Origin: Vicinamibacterales bacterium
GTDB taxonomy: Bacteria > Acidobacteriota > Vicinamibacteria > Vicinamibacterales > UBA8438
NCBI GenBank assembly: GCA_965222265.1
Contig: CBDCTP010000003.1
Span: 1,222,280-1,286,279, forward strand
Direction: 5' to 3'
DNA length: 64,000 nucleotides
The position numbers and the translations under genes are program-made. Below the pieces are notes generated by a model. The model was not told where the DNA came from. It saw only the letters and a program-made list of their open reading frames with translations, and ran no database searches. Positions 45,425-55,082 of the stretch are shown here, piece by piece; the first letter of the stretch is position 1; every line of letters begins with the position of its first letter.

Positions 45425-46654
45425 TCAACTGGCCGGAATCCGCAGGCGCTGCCCGACGCGGATGACCGTGCGGCGGCCCATGTCGTTCGCCGCCTGGATG
45501 GCGCGGATGGTCGTGCCGTAGCGCCGCGCCAGCCTGCCCAGCGTATCGCCGCGCGCGACCCGATGCGTGACGTGCGTGGGCCCGGCCGGTGCGGGTGGCG
45601 CGGCCGGCGCTGCGCGCGCCACCTGCCCGCCCCGCTGGGCCCGGACCTTCAGCACCGTTCCGGGCTCGAGCCGCTCGTCCTGGAACAGTCCGTTGTCGCG
45701 GATGATGCGCCAGGGTGTCGACCGGTAGGCCGCGGCGACCGCTGCCAGGTCCTCTCCCGGCTCGACCCGGTGCTCGTCGTGCCGGTCCTGCCTGCCCAGC
45801 GGCACGCGCAGGTGCTGCCCGGCCGGGAGCGTCTGCAGGCGCCACAGCTCGTTGGCCGCCCGGAACTCGTCGAGCTCGACCTCCAGGATGAAGGCGAGGT
45901 GCAGGTAGTTGTCGCCGTGCCGGCTGCGGTACGTCAGGTCGTCGCCGGTCCCCGCGAGCAGGTCGGTGCGCGGCAGCGGCGGGTAGGCCATGAGCTGTCC
46001 CGCCCGCAAGGGCCGCGTGGCCAGAAACGGGTTGTGCATCCTTAGCTGAAGCACCGGGACGCCGATGCGCTGCGAGATGGCCCACCAGGTGTCGCCCTCG
46101 CGCACCTGCTCCAGATCGATCTGCTCGGCGTGGTGGCGGATCGAGCGCCCGTAGAGCTTCAGCGCGTTCCTGAAGTGGCCGACGGCCAGGACATACTGCA
46201 GGGTCTCGAGCGGCGGCCGCCCGCGGCGCACGCGGCCCGGACCGGCGTTGTAGGCGGCCAGCGCGTAGTCCTCGCGCCCGAACTGGTCGATCATCTCGGA
46301 CAGATACTTGATGCCGGCCTCGATGTTGGTCTCGACGCGCAGCGAGCGGAAGGTCGCCGGCATGACCTGGAAGTAGCCCCGGGCGCCCGCGCCCGAGCGG
46401 AGATTGGGGTTTCCGCCGGATTCGTGCAGACAGACGGCTCGGGCCAGGTCGAGGGAGACGTCATACTGGTCGGCGAACCTTCGAATCTCGTCCTCGATCT
46501 CCATCATCTTCCGGAACATGCCCAGCAGTGCCGGAGAGAAGTCGGTGAGCGGCAGGATGTCTTCCGCGTCGGTCTGAGTTGACAAGACGCCGGCGCTCGC
46601 CGCCGGGGGCGCGATAAGCAAGACAAGGGCGATGATCAGGAAGCAACGCAACAT
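45425..46654 (-). CDS. Lytic transglycosylase (SLT domain) with LysM repeats
   Basis: Signal peptide, then LHESGGNPNLRSGAGARGYFQVMP..AYNAGPG (SLT catalytic Glu and motifs). There are at least two clear LysM-like repeats (VREGDTWWAISQRIGV.., VARGDTLGRLARRYGTTIRAIQAANDM). Confidence 0.85.
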   Translation of the reverse strand: MLRCFLIIALVLLIAPPAASAGVLSTQTDAEDILPLTDFSPALLGMFRKMMEIEDEIRRFADQYDVSLDLARAVCLHESGGNPNLRSGAGARGYFQVMPATFRSLRVETNIEAGIKYLSEMIDQFGREDYALAAYNAGPGRVRRGRPPLETLQYVLAVGHFRNALKLYGRSIRHHAEQIDLEQVREGDTWWAISQRIGVPVLQLRMHNPFLATRPLRAGQLMAYPPLPRTDLLAGTGDDLTYRSRHGDNYLHLAFILEVELDEFRAANELWRLQTLPAGQHLRVPLGRQDRHDEHRVEPGEDLAAVAAAYRSTPWRIIRDNGLFQDERLEPGTVLKVRAQRGGQVARAAPAAPPAPAGPTHVTHRVARGDTLGRLARRYGTTIRAIQAANDMGRRTVIRVGQRLRIPAS

Positions 46655-46756
46655 GCAACTATTCCTCCTGTATTATCGTTCGCACTTAGTGCACATTATG
46701 GCGCATGTCTTCCTGAATTATCAAACCGGGACGCTGTCTTCGCCGTCGCTTCCGCG

Positions 46757-48511
46757 ATGACCCGTCCCGCTCGACGGCTCCTGCCGTACGTGACGCGCTA
46801 TCGGGCCCGCTTCGCGCTCGGGTTCGTCTTCCTGGTGCTCGCCACCGGCATCCAGCTGGTCGCGCCCTGGGTGCTCAAGCATGCCATCGACGACCTCCGC
46901 GACGGGGCGACACACGCCAGGCTGGGCCTGTATGCCGGGCTGCTGACCGGCATCGCGGCGCTCGGCGGCGTCTGCCGCTTCTACATGCGGCGCGTCATCA
47001 TCGGCGCGTCGCGCGCGATCGAGTACGACCTGCGCAACGACTTCTTCGGGCATCTGCAGCGTCTGTCGCTGTCCTACTTCCAGCGCCACCGGACGGGCGA
47101 CCTGATGTCGCGCGCCACGAACGATCTCGGCGCGGTGCGGATGATGGTCGGGCCGTCGATCATGTACTCGGCGACCACCGGCATCACCTTCGTCGTCGCG
47201 GTCGTCCTGATGCTGTCCATCTCGCCCTGGCTGACCCTGCTGGCGCTCGTGCCGCTGCCCTTCGTCACGGTCGCGGTCAAGGGGTTCGGGACCGCCATCT
47301 ATCACCGCTCCGAGCAGATACAGGCCCAGCTGGCCCGGATGAGCGCCGTCGCCCAGGAGGCGCTCGCGGGCGTCCGGGTGGTCCGGGCGTACGGGCGCGA
47401 GGCGGCGGAGATCGAGCGCTTCCGGTCGGCCAACCGCGAGTATGTGGCGCGCAGCCGGGCGGTCATCCGACTGCAGGGCGTCTTCTATCCCAGCATGACG
47501 CTGTTTCTCGGCCTGTCCGCGCTCGTCGTCCTCTGGATGGGCACGCGGCAGGTGGTTGCGGACCGGATGAGCGTCGGCGACTTCGTGGCATTCAACGCCT
47601 ATCTCGTCATGCTGGCGTGGCCCGTGATCGCCTTCGGCTGGGTGACGAACATGCTGCAGCGCGGGATGGCGGCGTGGAACCGGATGCTGGAGGTGCTCGA
47701 CGCCGAGCCGACGGTACGCGACCCCGGGCCGGACGGCGTGCACCTCTCGAGCGCGGACATCGAGGGCCGGATCGAGTTCCGCGATCTCACCTTCTCGTAC
47801 GGCGGCCACCCGGTCCTGGCGCACGTGTCGGCGACGGTGGAGCCGGGGCAGACGCTCGCCGTGGTCGGCCCGACCGGCGCCGGCAAGTCGACGCTGGTCG
47901 ACCTCCTCCCGCGCCGGTTCGATCCCCCGGCGGGCACCGTCTTCGTGGACGGCGTCGACGTGCGGCGGCTGCCGCTGCCGGTGCTGCGCGGCGCGATCGG
48001 CTGCGTGCCCCAGGAGCCGCTGCTGTTCTCCGAGACCATCGCCGGGAACGTGGCGTTCGGTGCGCCGAACGGCGGCCGTGCCGGCCGGGCGGTTGCCGAC
48101 GCGGTGGCCGCGGCCCGCCTGGACACCGATGTCGAGGGCTTTCGCGACGGCCTGGATACCGAGGTCGGCGAACGGGGCATCAGCCTGTCGGGCGGACAGC
48201 GGCAGCGCGTGGCGATCGCGCGGGCACTGCTGCTGAACCCGCGCATCCTGATTCTCGACGACGCCCTCGCGGCCGTCGATACGCGCACGGAGGACGAGAT
48301 CCTCGCGCGGCTGCGCGACTTCATGCGGCAGCGGACCTCGATTGTCGTCTCCCACCGCATCTCCACGGTGAAGGACGCGGATCTGATTCTCGTGCTCGAC
48401 CGGGGACGGATCGTCGAGCGCGGGACCCACCGCACGCTGCTGGCGCAGGACGGACTGTACGCCAACCTGCACCGCAGGCAGCTGCTGGAAGCCGAGCTGG
48501 AGGCGTCGTAG
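46757..48511 (+). CDS. ABC exporter, fused permease/ATPase (MdlA/MsbA-like half-transporter)
   Basis: Six-TM domain, then GPTGAGKSTL, LSGGQRQRVAIARAL and ILILDDA. Confidence 0.9.
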   Translation: MTRPARRLLPYVTRYRARFALGFVFLVLATGIQLVAPWVLKHAIDDLRDGATHARLGLYAGLLTGIAALGGVCRFYMRRVIIGASRAIEYDLRNDFFGHLQRLSLSYFQRHRTGDLMSRATNDLGAVRMMVGPSIMYSATTGITFVVAVVLMLSISPWLTLLALVPLPFVTVAVKGFGTAIYHRSEQIQAQLARMSAVAQEALAGVRVVRAYGREAAEIERFRSANREYVARSRAVIRLQGVFYPSMTLFLGLSALVVLWMGTRQVVADRMSVGDFVAFNAYLVMLAWPVIAFGWVTNMLQRGMAAWNRMLEVLDAEPTVRDPGPDGVHLSSADIEGRIEFRDLTFSYGGHPVLAHVSATVEPGQTLAVVGPTGAGKSTLVDLLPRRFDPPAGTVFVDGVDVRRLPLPVLRGAIGCVPQEPLLFSETIAGNVAFGAPNGGRAGRAVADAVAAARLDTDVEGFRDGLDTEVGERGISLSGGQRQRVAIARALLLNPRILILDDALAAVDTRTEDEILARLRDFMRQRTSIVVSHRISTVKDADLILVLDRGRIVERGTHRTLLAQDGLYANLHRRQLLEAELEAS

Positions 48512-48514
48512 CCG

Positions 48515-50320
48515 GTGAGCGAGCAACCCGACGAGGTCCTCGGCAAGGCGTACGACGCGCGGCTGATGCGCCGGCTCCTGCGCTACCTGGGCCCGCACCG
48601 CCGGGCGGTGCTGGTGGCGCTGGCGGCCATCGTCGGCCATTCCCTGCTGCAGGTGGCGCAGCCGTACCTCACGAAGCTGGCCATCGACCGGCACATCCTG
48701 CCCGGGAACCTGGCCGGCCTGGAGCAGATCGCCGCGGCGTTCCTCCTCATCCTGGTCGGGTCGTTCGTGTTCGAGTATCTCGAGACCTACACCATGGGAA
48801 TGATCGGACAGCGGATCATGTTCGACCTCCGCATGGAGATCTACCGGCACCTGCAGCGTCTCGACATCGGCTTCTACGACCGCCATCCGGTGGGCCGGCT
48901 CATGACGCGCGTGACCACCGACGTCGACGCGCTCAACGATCTGTTCGCCGCGGGCGTCATCTCGGTGTTCCGCGACATCGTGGTGCTGGCCGGCATCATG
49001 GTGGTGCTGGTCTGGATGGACTGGCGGCTGGCGCTGGTGGCGTTCGCCGTGCTGCCGCTGATCGCGCTCGTCACGCAGTGGTTCCGCGCGAACGCCCGCG
49101 AGTCGTACCGCGAGGTGCGGGGGTGGGTCGCGCGCATCAACGCCTTCCTCCAGGAGCACATCACGGGCATGTCGACCGTGCAGCTCTTCTGCCGGGAGGC
49201 CCGCAGCTTCGCCCGGTTCGAGGCGGTCAACCGCCGCCACCGCGACGCCAACCTCGACTCGATCTTCTACTACGCGACGTTCTATCCGGCCGTCGAGTTC
49301 CTGGGCGCGCTGGCGACGGCGTCGATCATCTGGTTCGGCGGCGGCTGGTCGCTGCAGGGCACGCTGTCGCTGGGCGCGCTCGTCGCGTTCCTGCAGTACT
49401 CGCAGCGGTTCTTCCGGCCGATCAGCGACCTCTCCGAGAAGTTCAACATCCTCCAGGCGGCCATGGCGTCGTCGGAGCGCATCTTCGGACTGCTCGACAC
49501 GCCCGTCGAGCTCGCGAGCCCGGCCCGGGCGCGGATGCCGTCCGGTCCCGGCCGCATCGCGTTCGAGCACGTCTGGTTCGCCTATCGCGGCGAGGAGCAC
49601 GTGCTGCGCGACGTCTCGTTCGTCATCGAGCCGGGCGAGCGGGTGGGGATCGTGGGTCACACCGGCGCGGGCAAGACGACGCTGATCAACCTGCTGCTGC
49701 GGTTCTACGATCCGCGCCGCGGCCGCGTCGCGATCGACGGCGTCGACGTGCGCGACATGCCGCTCGACGCGCTCAGGCGGCGTTTCGGTCTCGTGCTGCA
49801 GGACGTCTTCCTCTTCTCGGGAACGATCCGCGACAACATCGCGTTCGGACGGACCGCGATCGCCGATACCGAGGTCCGGGCCGCGGCGGCCGGCGCGCAT
49901 GCCGACCGGTTCATCGACCGCTTGCCGGACGGTCTCGACAGCGCAGTCGCCGAGCGGGGAGCCACGCTGTCGGTGGGGCAGCGGCAGCTGCTGGCGTTCG
50001 CACGCGCATTGGCGTTTGCGCCCGAGGTCCTGGTTCTCGACGAGGCGACATCGAACATCGATACCGCGACCGAGTCGCTGATCCGGGACGCGCTGCGGCG
50101 GTTGATGACCGGCCGCACGACCCTGGCGGTTGCGCACCGCCTGTCCACCGTGCAGGACATGGATCGCATCCTCGTCTTCCACAAGGGGGCGCTCCGCGAG
50201 ACGGGCACGCACCAGGAGCTGCTCGGCCGGCGCGGTCTCTACTACACGCTCTATCGGCTGCAGTACAGGGACCAGGAGCAACCGCTGGCCGTGGCGGCGT
50301 CACTCGGGTTGCGGGCCTGA
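48515..50320 (+). CDS. ABC exporter, fused permease/ATPase (MdlB-like partner half-transporter)
   Basis: Six-TM domain, then GHTGAGKTTL, LSVGQRQLLAFARAL and VLVLDEAT. It starts 3 nt after the previous gene. Confidence 0.9.
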   Translation: MSEQPDEVLGKAYDARLMRRLLRYLGPHRRAVLVALAAIVGHSLLQVAQPYLTKLAIDRHILPGNLAGLEQIAAAFLLILVGSFVFEYLETYTMGMIGQRIMFDLRMEIYRHLQRLDIGFYDRHPVGRLMTRVTTDVDALNDLFAAGVISVFRDIVVLAGIMVVLVWMDWRLALVAFAVLPLIALVTQWFRANARESYREVRGWVARINAFLQEHITGMSTVQLFCREARSFARFEAVNRRHRDANLDSIFYYATFYPAVEFLGALATASIIWFGGGWSLQGTLSLGALVAFLQYSQRFFRPISDLSEKFNILQAAMASSERIFGLLDTPVELASPARARMPSGPGRIAFEHVWFAYRGEEHVLRDVSFVIEPGERVGIVGHTGAGKTTLINLLLRFYDPRRGRVAIDGVDVRDMPLDALRRRFGLVLQDVFLFSGTIRDNIAFGRTAIADTEVRAAAAGAHADRFIDRLPDGLDSAVAERGATLSVGQRQLLAFARALAFAPEVLVLDEATSNIDTATESLIRDALRRLMTGRTTLAVAHRLSTVQDMDRILVFHKGALRETGTHQELLGRRGLYYTLYRLQYRDQEQPLAVAASLGLRA

Positions 50321-51331
50321 CGCGGGCGGGGGAGCGCCGGCGAACCCGGGCGAGACCGGCGAGCTGTCGTCGAGCGGCAGGCCCACCAGCACGACCCGCG
50401 GCGAGCCTGCGCGGGCGACGGCGGCCTGCTTGTGGAAGGCGCCGTCGGCGGCGCGCCGCGCAGCCCGGAAGGCCGCCGCCTGCGGCGTGCCCCCGATGAG
50501 CGGCGCCAGCTCTACCGCCCCCGGCAGGCCGGCGGGGGCGGTAGCCGTGCGGCTTGCGCGCGGCGCGGCGTAGAGGGTCTCGCCGGCCCGGGACAGGACA
50601 CGAACCTCGCCGCGCGCCGACGCGCTCAAGCTGCGCTCCAGCGCGACGGCGACCGCCTCCCCCGACCAGCCCGCCTCCTCGGCGCCGGCGACGAAGTGGT
50701 CGACGAGCGTGGCCTGCACGATCATCTGGTGGCCGAGGATCTCCTCGAGCACGATTCCGATCTCGGCCAGCCGGCTCGTGAAGGCGTTGTCGAGCAGCTC
50801 CGGCTCGCCGAACGCCGCCAGTACCGCGGTCATGACGGGCGAGGCATAGGCGTTGCTCAGGGTCGCCTGCTCCTCGAAGGCGAGCGCGCTGCCGACCTGC
50901 ACGATGCGGTGCCGGTCGACGCCATTGACGCCGACGTACTTGTAGACCTCGCGATCGATCTCCCGCACCTGCGCCCGCTGTGCGACGACGTCGTTGACGT
51001 CGGGCGCGCGCGCCAGCAGCCTGTAGAACGCGGAGGCTTGCGGCTGCACCGCTGGATCCGGGTCGAACCGGAAGGGCACCGGCGCGCCGGTCTCGTCCCG
51101 CACGTTGGTGATGTAGGCGGAGCCCTGCTCGTCGGTGATCCAGACCTCGTCGAGCGCGGTGCTCGCCGCGACCGCGTCGAGGGTGTCCATGACGCGCGCC
51201 GCAGCCTGCCCGGACGCCTCGGCCTCGGCCGCGGCCACCAGGTGCGCGACGACGCGCGCCTGGGCCGTCATCTGACCGTCGAGCATCGCATCGAGCCCGC
51301 GCGCAATGTCGGCCAGCGAGATCTCGCCCAT
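50300..51331 (-). CDS. Hypothetical protein with two sensor-like repeats (PDC/Cache-like?), no output domain
   Basis: Internal duplication: ..AQARVVAHLVAAAE..VWITDEQGSAYITNV.. and ..HQMIVQATLVDHFVAGAE..VRVLSRAGETLYAAP... The 3' end overlaps the ABC gene by 21 nt. The start is the internal ATG. Confidence 0.5.
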   Translation of the reverse strand: MGEISLADIARGLDAMLDGQMTAQARVVAHLVAAAEAEASGQAAARVMDTLDAVAASTALDEVWITDEQGSAYITNVRDETGAPVPFRFDPDPAVQPQASAFYRLLARAPDVNDVVAQRAQVREIDREVYKYVGVNGVDRHRIVQVGSALAFEEQATLSNAYASPVMTAVLAAFGEPELLDNAFTSRLAEIGIVLEEILGHQMIVQATLVDHFVAGAEEAGWSGEAVAVALERSLSASARGEVRVLSRAGETLYAAPRASRTATAPAGLPGAVELAPLIGGTPQAAAFRAARRAADGAFHKQAAVARAGSPRVVLVGLPLDDSSPVSPGFAGAPPPASGPQPE

Positions 51332-51456
51332 GGCGGGGTATTGTGGTGGACGCGCACCCGGGATCGCCGCCAGGCGCAACTATACCGCACCGGACCGGGC
51401 GGCTCGCGCGGGGTCCCGGGAGCGGCCCACGCGCCGACGGCGCGGCAGGTCAGGCC

Positions 51457-51489
51457 GGCTCCTAGGCGCGCACAGCGCGCCTAGGAGCC
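51457..51489 (-). terminator. Perfect 15-bp hairpin overlapping the thiL TAG stop
   Basis: GGCTCCTAGGCGCGC-ACA-GCGCGCCTAGGAGCC. The core GCGCGC-ACA-GCGCGC is identical to hairpin 1 of the repeat family. Confidence 0.5.
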
Positions 51490-52500
51490 GAAGTGCTCGA
51501 AGCCGCCCGGCAGCGGCTCCTCCCTGCCGTCCCGGTGGAGGCGGACCGCGGGCTCCCGGGTGATGACACCGACCGGCGTGACCGGCAGGTCGCCGACCAT
51601 CCGCCGCACGTGCCGCAGGCGGCCGCGGAACGCCGGCGGAGCGGTGAAGGCGAGCTCGTAGTCCTCGCCCGACTGCAGCGCCGTCGCCACCGGGTCGAGG
51701 CCGTCCGCGTCGAGCCACGCCCGCGCCTCCGGATGGATTGGCAGCGCATCGGCCTCGATCCGCGCACCGGTGCCGCTGGCCGCGGCGAGCTGCCGCACGG
51801 CATCGCCGAGTCCGTCGCTCAGGTCGATGCACGCGTGCGCCGCGCGGTTGCGGCCGAGCGCCACGCCCAGTCGCACGCGCGGCTCGGGGCGGCGATAGCG
51901 CAGCCTGCAGTCGTCCGGCTCGCGCGCCGTGGGGTGCGGTTCGCCGCGCAGGGAGGCGAGCCCGGCCGCAGCCCCCCCGATCCGGCCGCTCACGTACAGG
52001 ATGTCGCCGGGACGCGCGCCGGCGCGCGTCAGGACGCGTCGGCGTGCGACGCTCCCGATGGCGGTCATCCCGACGACGAGCGGGCCGGGGGACGCGGCGA
52101 TGTTGCCGCCGATGAGCGCGGTGCGATGGCGTGCTGCCAGCGCGAGCAGCGACTGCAGCATGGCGTCGACGTCGGCCACGGGGCAGGCGGAGGGCAGGGC
52201 GAGCGAGAGCAGTGCGTGGCACGGCATCGCCCCCATGGCGGCCAGGTCGCTCAGGTTGACGGCAAGCGCCTTGTGGCCGGCGTCGGCGGCCGAGCAGAAC
52301 GCCCGATCGAAGTGGATGCCTTCGACCAGCGCATCCGTGGTGGCCACGGTCAGCGTGCCACGCTCCGGCTCGACGACCGCGGCGTCGTCTCCGATGCCGA
52401 CGACGACGGAAGCCGGGGCCTTGGGAACAGCCGCCTCGATGCGGGCGATCAGCGCGCGTTCACCGAGGTCGGCGACCGTCTGGTTGGAGAGCTCGCTCAC
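51481..52500 (-). CDS. thiL: Thiamine-monophosphate kinase
   Basis: LGERALIARI..GIGDDAAVV..TTDALVEGIHF matches the ThiL/AIR-synthase-related N-terminal motifs. GTG start. Confidence 0.9.
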   Translation of the reverse strand: MSELSNQTVADLGERALIARIEAAVPKAPASVVVGIGDDAAVVEPERGTLTVATTDALVEGIHFDRAFCSAADAGHKALAVNLSDLAAMGAMPCHALLSLALPSACPVADVDAMLQSLLALAARHRTALIGGNIAASPGPLVVGMTAIGSVARRRVLTRAGARPGDILYVSGRIGGAAAGLASLRGEPHPTAREPDDCRLRYRRPEPRVRLGVALGRNRAAHACIDLSDGLGDAVRQLAAASGTGARIEADALPIHPEARAWLDADGLDPVATALQSGEDYELAFTAPPAFRGRLRHVRRMVGDLPVTPVGVITREPAVRLHRDGREEPLPGGFEHFGS

Positions 52501-52503
52501 TAG

Positions 52504-52601
52504 GCTTCAATCAGACGGGGCTGCGCCCCGAACCCCCGGCGTTCGCTTGCGGGGACCCCTTCGCCCCGCGCCGCTCCCGCCGAGGCGCGCTGTGCGCGCC
52601 T
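52504..52601 (-). repeat. Three-hairpin repeat, copy 6 (inverted orientation)
   Basis: The reverse complement reads AAGGCGCGCACAGCGCGCCTCGGCGGGAGCGGCGCGGGGCGAAGGGGTCCCCGCAAGCGAACGCCGGGGGTTCGGGGCGCAGCCCCGTCTGATTGAAGC, then CTA and the thiL GTG. Confidence 0.9.
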
Positions 52602-52637
52602 TAGGAGTCTGCGCCGTTCTACGGGGCAGACTCCTAG
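52601..52637 (-). terminator. Hairpin overlapping the rny TAG stop
   Basis: AGGAGTCTGC (52603-52612) pairs with GCAGACTCCT (52626-35), a 10-bp stem. The stop codon at 52634-52636 lies in one arm. Confidence 0.5.
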
Positions 52638-54208
52638 CGGGCGTAGTCTATGGCGCGCGTCTCGCGGATGACCGTGACCTTGATCTGACCCGGGTACTCC
52701 AGCTCGTTCTCGACCCGCTTCGCGATGTCCTTCGACAGCCAGACCGCTTCCTCGTCGGAGATCTCCTCGCTCTCGACCATGATGCGGATCTCGCGGCCGG
52801 CCTGGAGCGCGAAGGCCTTGCTGACGCCCTTGAACGAGGCCGCGATGCCTTCGAGCTGCTCCAGGCGCTTGATGTAGGACTCCAGGATGTCCCGGCGCGC
52901 CCCGGGCCGGGCGGCCGAGATCGCGTCCGCGGCCTGCACGATCATCGCCTCGAGCGACGGCCAGTCGATGTCCATGTGATGGGCCGCCATGGCGTCGACC
53001 ACCGCGTCGCTCTCGCCGTGCTGCCGGAGGAACGCGATGCCGATCTCCAGGTGCGTGCCCTCGATCTCGCGATCCATCGCCTTGCCGATGTCGTGCAGGA
53101 ACGCGGCCCGGATCGAGACGTGCGCGTCCAGACCCACCTCGCGGGCCATCACGCCGGCCAGGTACGCGACTTCCTTGGAGTGCGCCAGCATGTTCTGACC
53201 GTAGCTGGTCCGGTACTTGAGGCGCCCCATCTTCTGGTAGATCTCCGGATGCATGTCGTGCAGCCCGAGCTCGAAGCCCGCCGCCTCGCCTTCCTTCAGC
53301 GTCGCCTCGTCGACCTCGGCCTTGACCTTCTCGACGACCTCCTCGATCCGCGCCGGGTGGATGCGGCCGTCGGCAACCAGCTGCTCGATCGCCTGCTTGG
53401 CGATCGCCCGCCGGTAGGAATCGAAGCTCGACAGGATGATCGCGCCGGGCGTGTCGTCGACGATCAGCTCGACACCCGTTGCAGTCTCGAGCGCGCGGAT
53501 GTTGCGTCCTTCCCGTCCGATGATCCGCCCCTTGAGATCGTCGCTCGGCAGGTCGACGACCGAGACGGTCGTTTCGATCGTCTGCTCCGCGGCGCTCCGC
53601 TGGATCGCCTGGGTGATGATGTGCTTCGCCTTCTTCGCGGCGTTCTCGCGGGCTTCGTGCTCGAGGCGCTTGACCAGGTTCGCGGCGTCGCGCCGCGCGT
53701 CGGACTCGATCTGCCGCAGCAGGACATCCTTCGCCTCGTCGGCGGTCATGCCCGACACGCGCTGCAGCTCGCGCTGGTGGTCGGCCGCCAGCTGATCGCA
53801 GCGCTCGACCTGGGCGGCGACCGCCTGCTCCTGTTGCCGGATGGTCTGCTCCCGCGCACCAAGATCCTGCTCGTGCTTCGCGACGTCGGCGGTGCGGTCG
53901 GCGACCGCACGGGCCTGACCGGCGACCGTGCTCTCGAGGCTGGCGACCTCGTCCTCCCGCTTCCGCGCCTGCTGCTCGGCGTCGCGCAGGAGCCCGTGCG
54001 CTTCCTCCTTCGCGGCGAGGACGAGCTCCTTCTGTTGGGCTTCGGCGTCGCGCTGCGCATCGCCCAGGATGCGCGCGGCGTCCTGCCGCGCCCGGCCGAC
54101 GGTTTCGGCGGCTATGCGCTTGCGGGTCGCGATCCAGACGAAGAAGACCGCAACGCCCGTCAGGAGGGCGAGGACGACAGGAGCGACAGTTGACAGGAGC
54201 TGGCCCAT
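52634..54208 (-). CDS. rny: Ribonuclease Y
   Basis: N-terminal TM helix, a long coiled coil, a KH domain (DLKGRIIGREGRNIRALE) and an HD domain (LHDIGKA). Confidence 0.95.
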   Translation of the reverse strand: MGQLLSTVAPVVLALLTGVAVFFVWIATRKRIAAETVGRARQDAARILGDAQRDAEAQQKELVLAAKEEAHGLLRDAEQQARKREDEVASLESTVAGQARAVADRTADVAKHEQDLGAREQTIRQQEQAVAAQVERCDQLAADHQRELQRVSGMTADEAKDVLLRQIESDARRDAANLVKRLEHEARENAAKKAKHIITQAIQRSAAEQTIETTVSVVDLPSDDLKGRIIGREGRNIRALETATGVELIVDDTPGAIILSSFDSYRRAIAKQAIEQLVADGRIHPARIEEVVEKVKAEVDEATLKEGEAAGFELGLHDMHPEIYQKMGRLKYRTSYGQNMLAHSKEVAYLAGVMAREVGLDAHVSIRAAFLHDIGKAMDREIEGTHLEIGIAFLRQHGESDAVVDAMAAHHMDIDWPSLEAMIVQAADAISAARPGARRDILESYIKRLEQLEGIAASFKGVSKAFALQAGREIRIMVESEEISDEEAVWLSKDIAKRVENELEYPGQIKVTVIRETRAIDYAR

Positions 54209-54349
54209 GCGCGTCGTCCGGACGGACTCACGGCCAGCCCCGCTCCAGGCATACGGCGTCGTGGCCCGGCATCAGCCGCTGCTCGACATCGCCTGCCGCG
54301 GATACTTAAAGAGCCCCGCGTTGCCGTGTGGGGGGGTCGCATGAACCTG

Positions 54350-54555
54350 CCTGGGCAGGGTGGAGCCGCTACGGAACCGTTGCTTCAGGCTTCCTCACTC
54401 GAAGGCGTGCACACCGCACGGCATCGCAGCTCTCTTGGACGCAACGTTGGCTCAAACGAGCCCCCGAACCATCACGCACAAAGCAGGGTAATTCAAATTC
54501 AATGGCCACCGGCATCCGCAGCCGACGGCACACTCGCCGTTCTCCGTCTGCAACC
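54350..54555 (-). ncRNA. Candidate structured ncRNA downstream of zapA (6S/SsrS-like by synteny only)
   Basis: The ~420-nt gap between zapA and rny has no credible ORF and lower GC (e.g. CCATTGAATTTGAATTACCCTGCTTTGTGCG). Possible end-pairing is ACGGAGAACGG with CGGTTCCGT. The zapA-ssrS adjacency is common in other bacteria. I could not verify a full 6S fold by hand, and the ends are approximate. Confidence 0.25.
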
Positions 54556-54631
54556 CATCTTAGAACGAACGTCGGCGCGAGGCAAGGCGGGCGGCCTCGC
54601 GCCTCGAGCGCAGGCGGGCCTGCACTCGAGG

Positions 54632-54934
54632 CTACGAGGACTGCTCGAGCGCGTCGTCGACCAGTTGCTCGAGCTCGAGCGCCAGCCGCTGCGCGTCCAT
54701 TTCCCTGTCCTCCTGGGCCGCCAGCGTCTTGAAATGCTCGTCCGCGATGTTCAGCGCCGCCAGCACCGCGACGCGCACGGAATCGCCGCCATGGACCTGC
54801 TCGGCGGCCGCCTGCATCTTGCGGTCGAGATACCGCGCGAGCTTCAGCACGTAGACCTGATCCAGCTGGCTCCGGATGGGGTACTGCTGGCCGAAGATCT
54901 CCACGTTCACCACGCCGGTCGGCGTTTCGTCCAC
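54632..54934 (-). CDS. zapA: Cell division protein ZapA
   Basis: VNVEIFGQQYPIRSQLDQVYVLKLARYLDRKMQ..VAVLAALNIADE is the typical ZapA pattern. Confidence 0.9.
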   Translation of the reverse strand: MDETPTGVVNVEIFGQQYPIRSQLDQVYVLKLARYLDRKMQAAAEQVHGGDSVRVAVLAALNIADEHFKTLAAQEDREMDAQRLALELEQLVDDALEQSS

Positions 54935-55082
54935 GACTCGGATTCCTGACGTTCGCTAGGGGTGCGTGGCGCGGCGAGCAAGCATGCCGGGTCTGCTCGA
55001 CCCCTGCGAGACGATGGTCCAGCGTTGTCCCGCGCGGGATGCATCGCCCGTCGAATGCAGCGGGGCCCTTTGCCACGGGCTC

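Noticed and set aside
46721-50281. Very long antisense or alternative-frame ORFs, including 5513-8515(-), 18301-20172(-), 39585-41804(-), 41341-43842(-), 46721-50281(-), 47617-50499(+), 54907-57591(-), 54966-57647(+) and 60210-62822(+)
   Set aside because: All overlap genes with clear family motifs on the other strand or frame. All translate to R/A/G/P-rich low-complexity sequence. Stop-poor shadow ORFs are expected at this GC content.
54350-54555. RNase P RNA, tmRNA or SRP RNA in the zapA-rny gap
   Set aside because: I found no GAGGAAAGUCC-type P4 motif, no tRNA-like acceptor or tag ORF, and no convincing SRP domain IV (GGAAGCAGCC-like) motif. The region is kept only as an unclassified or 6S-like candidate.
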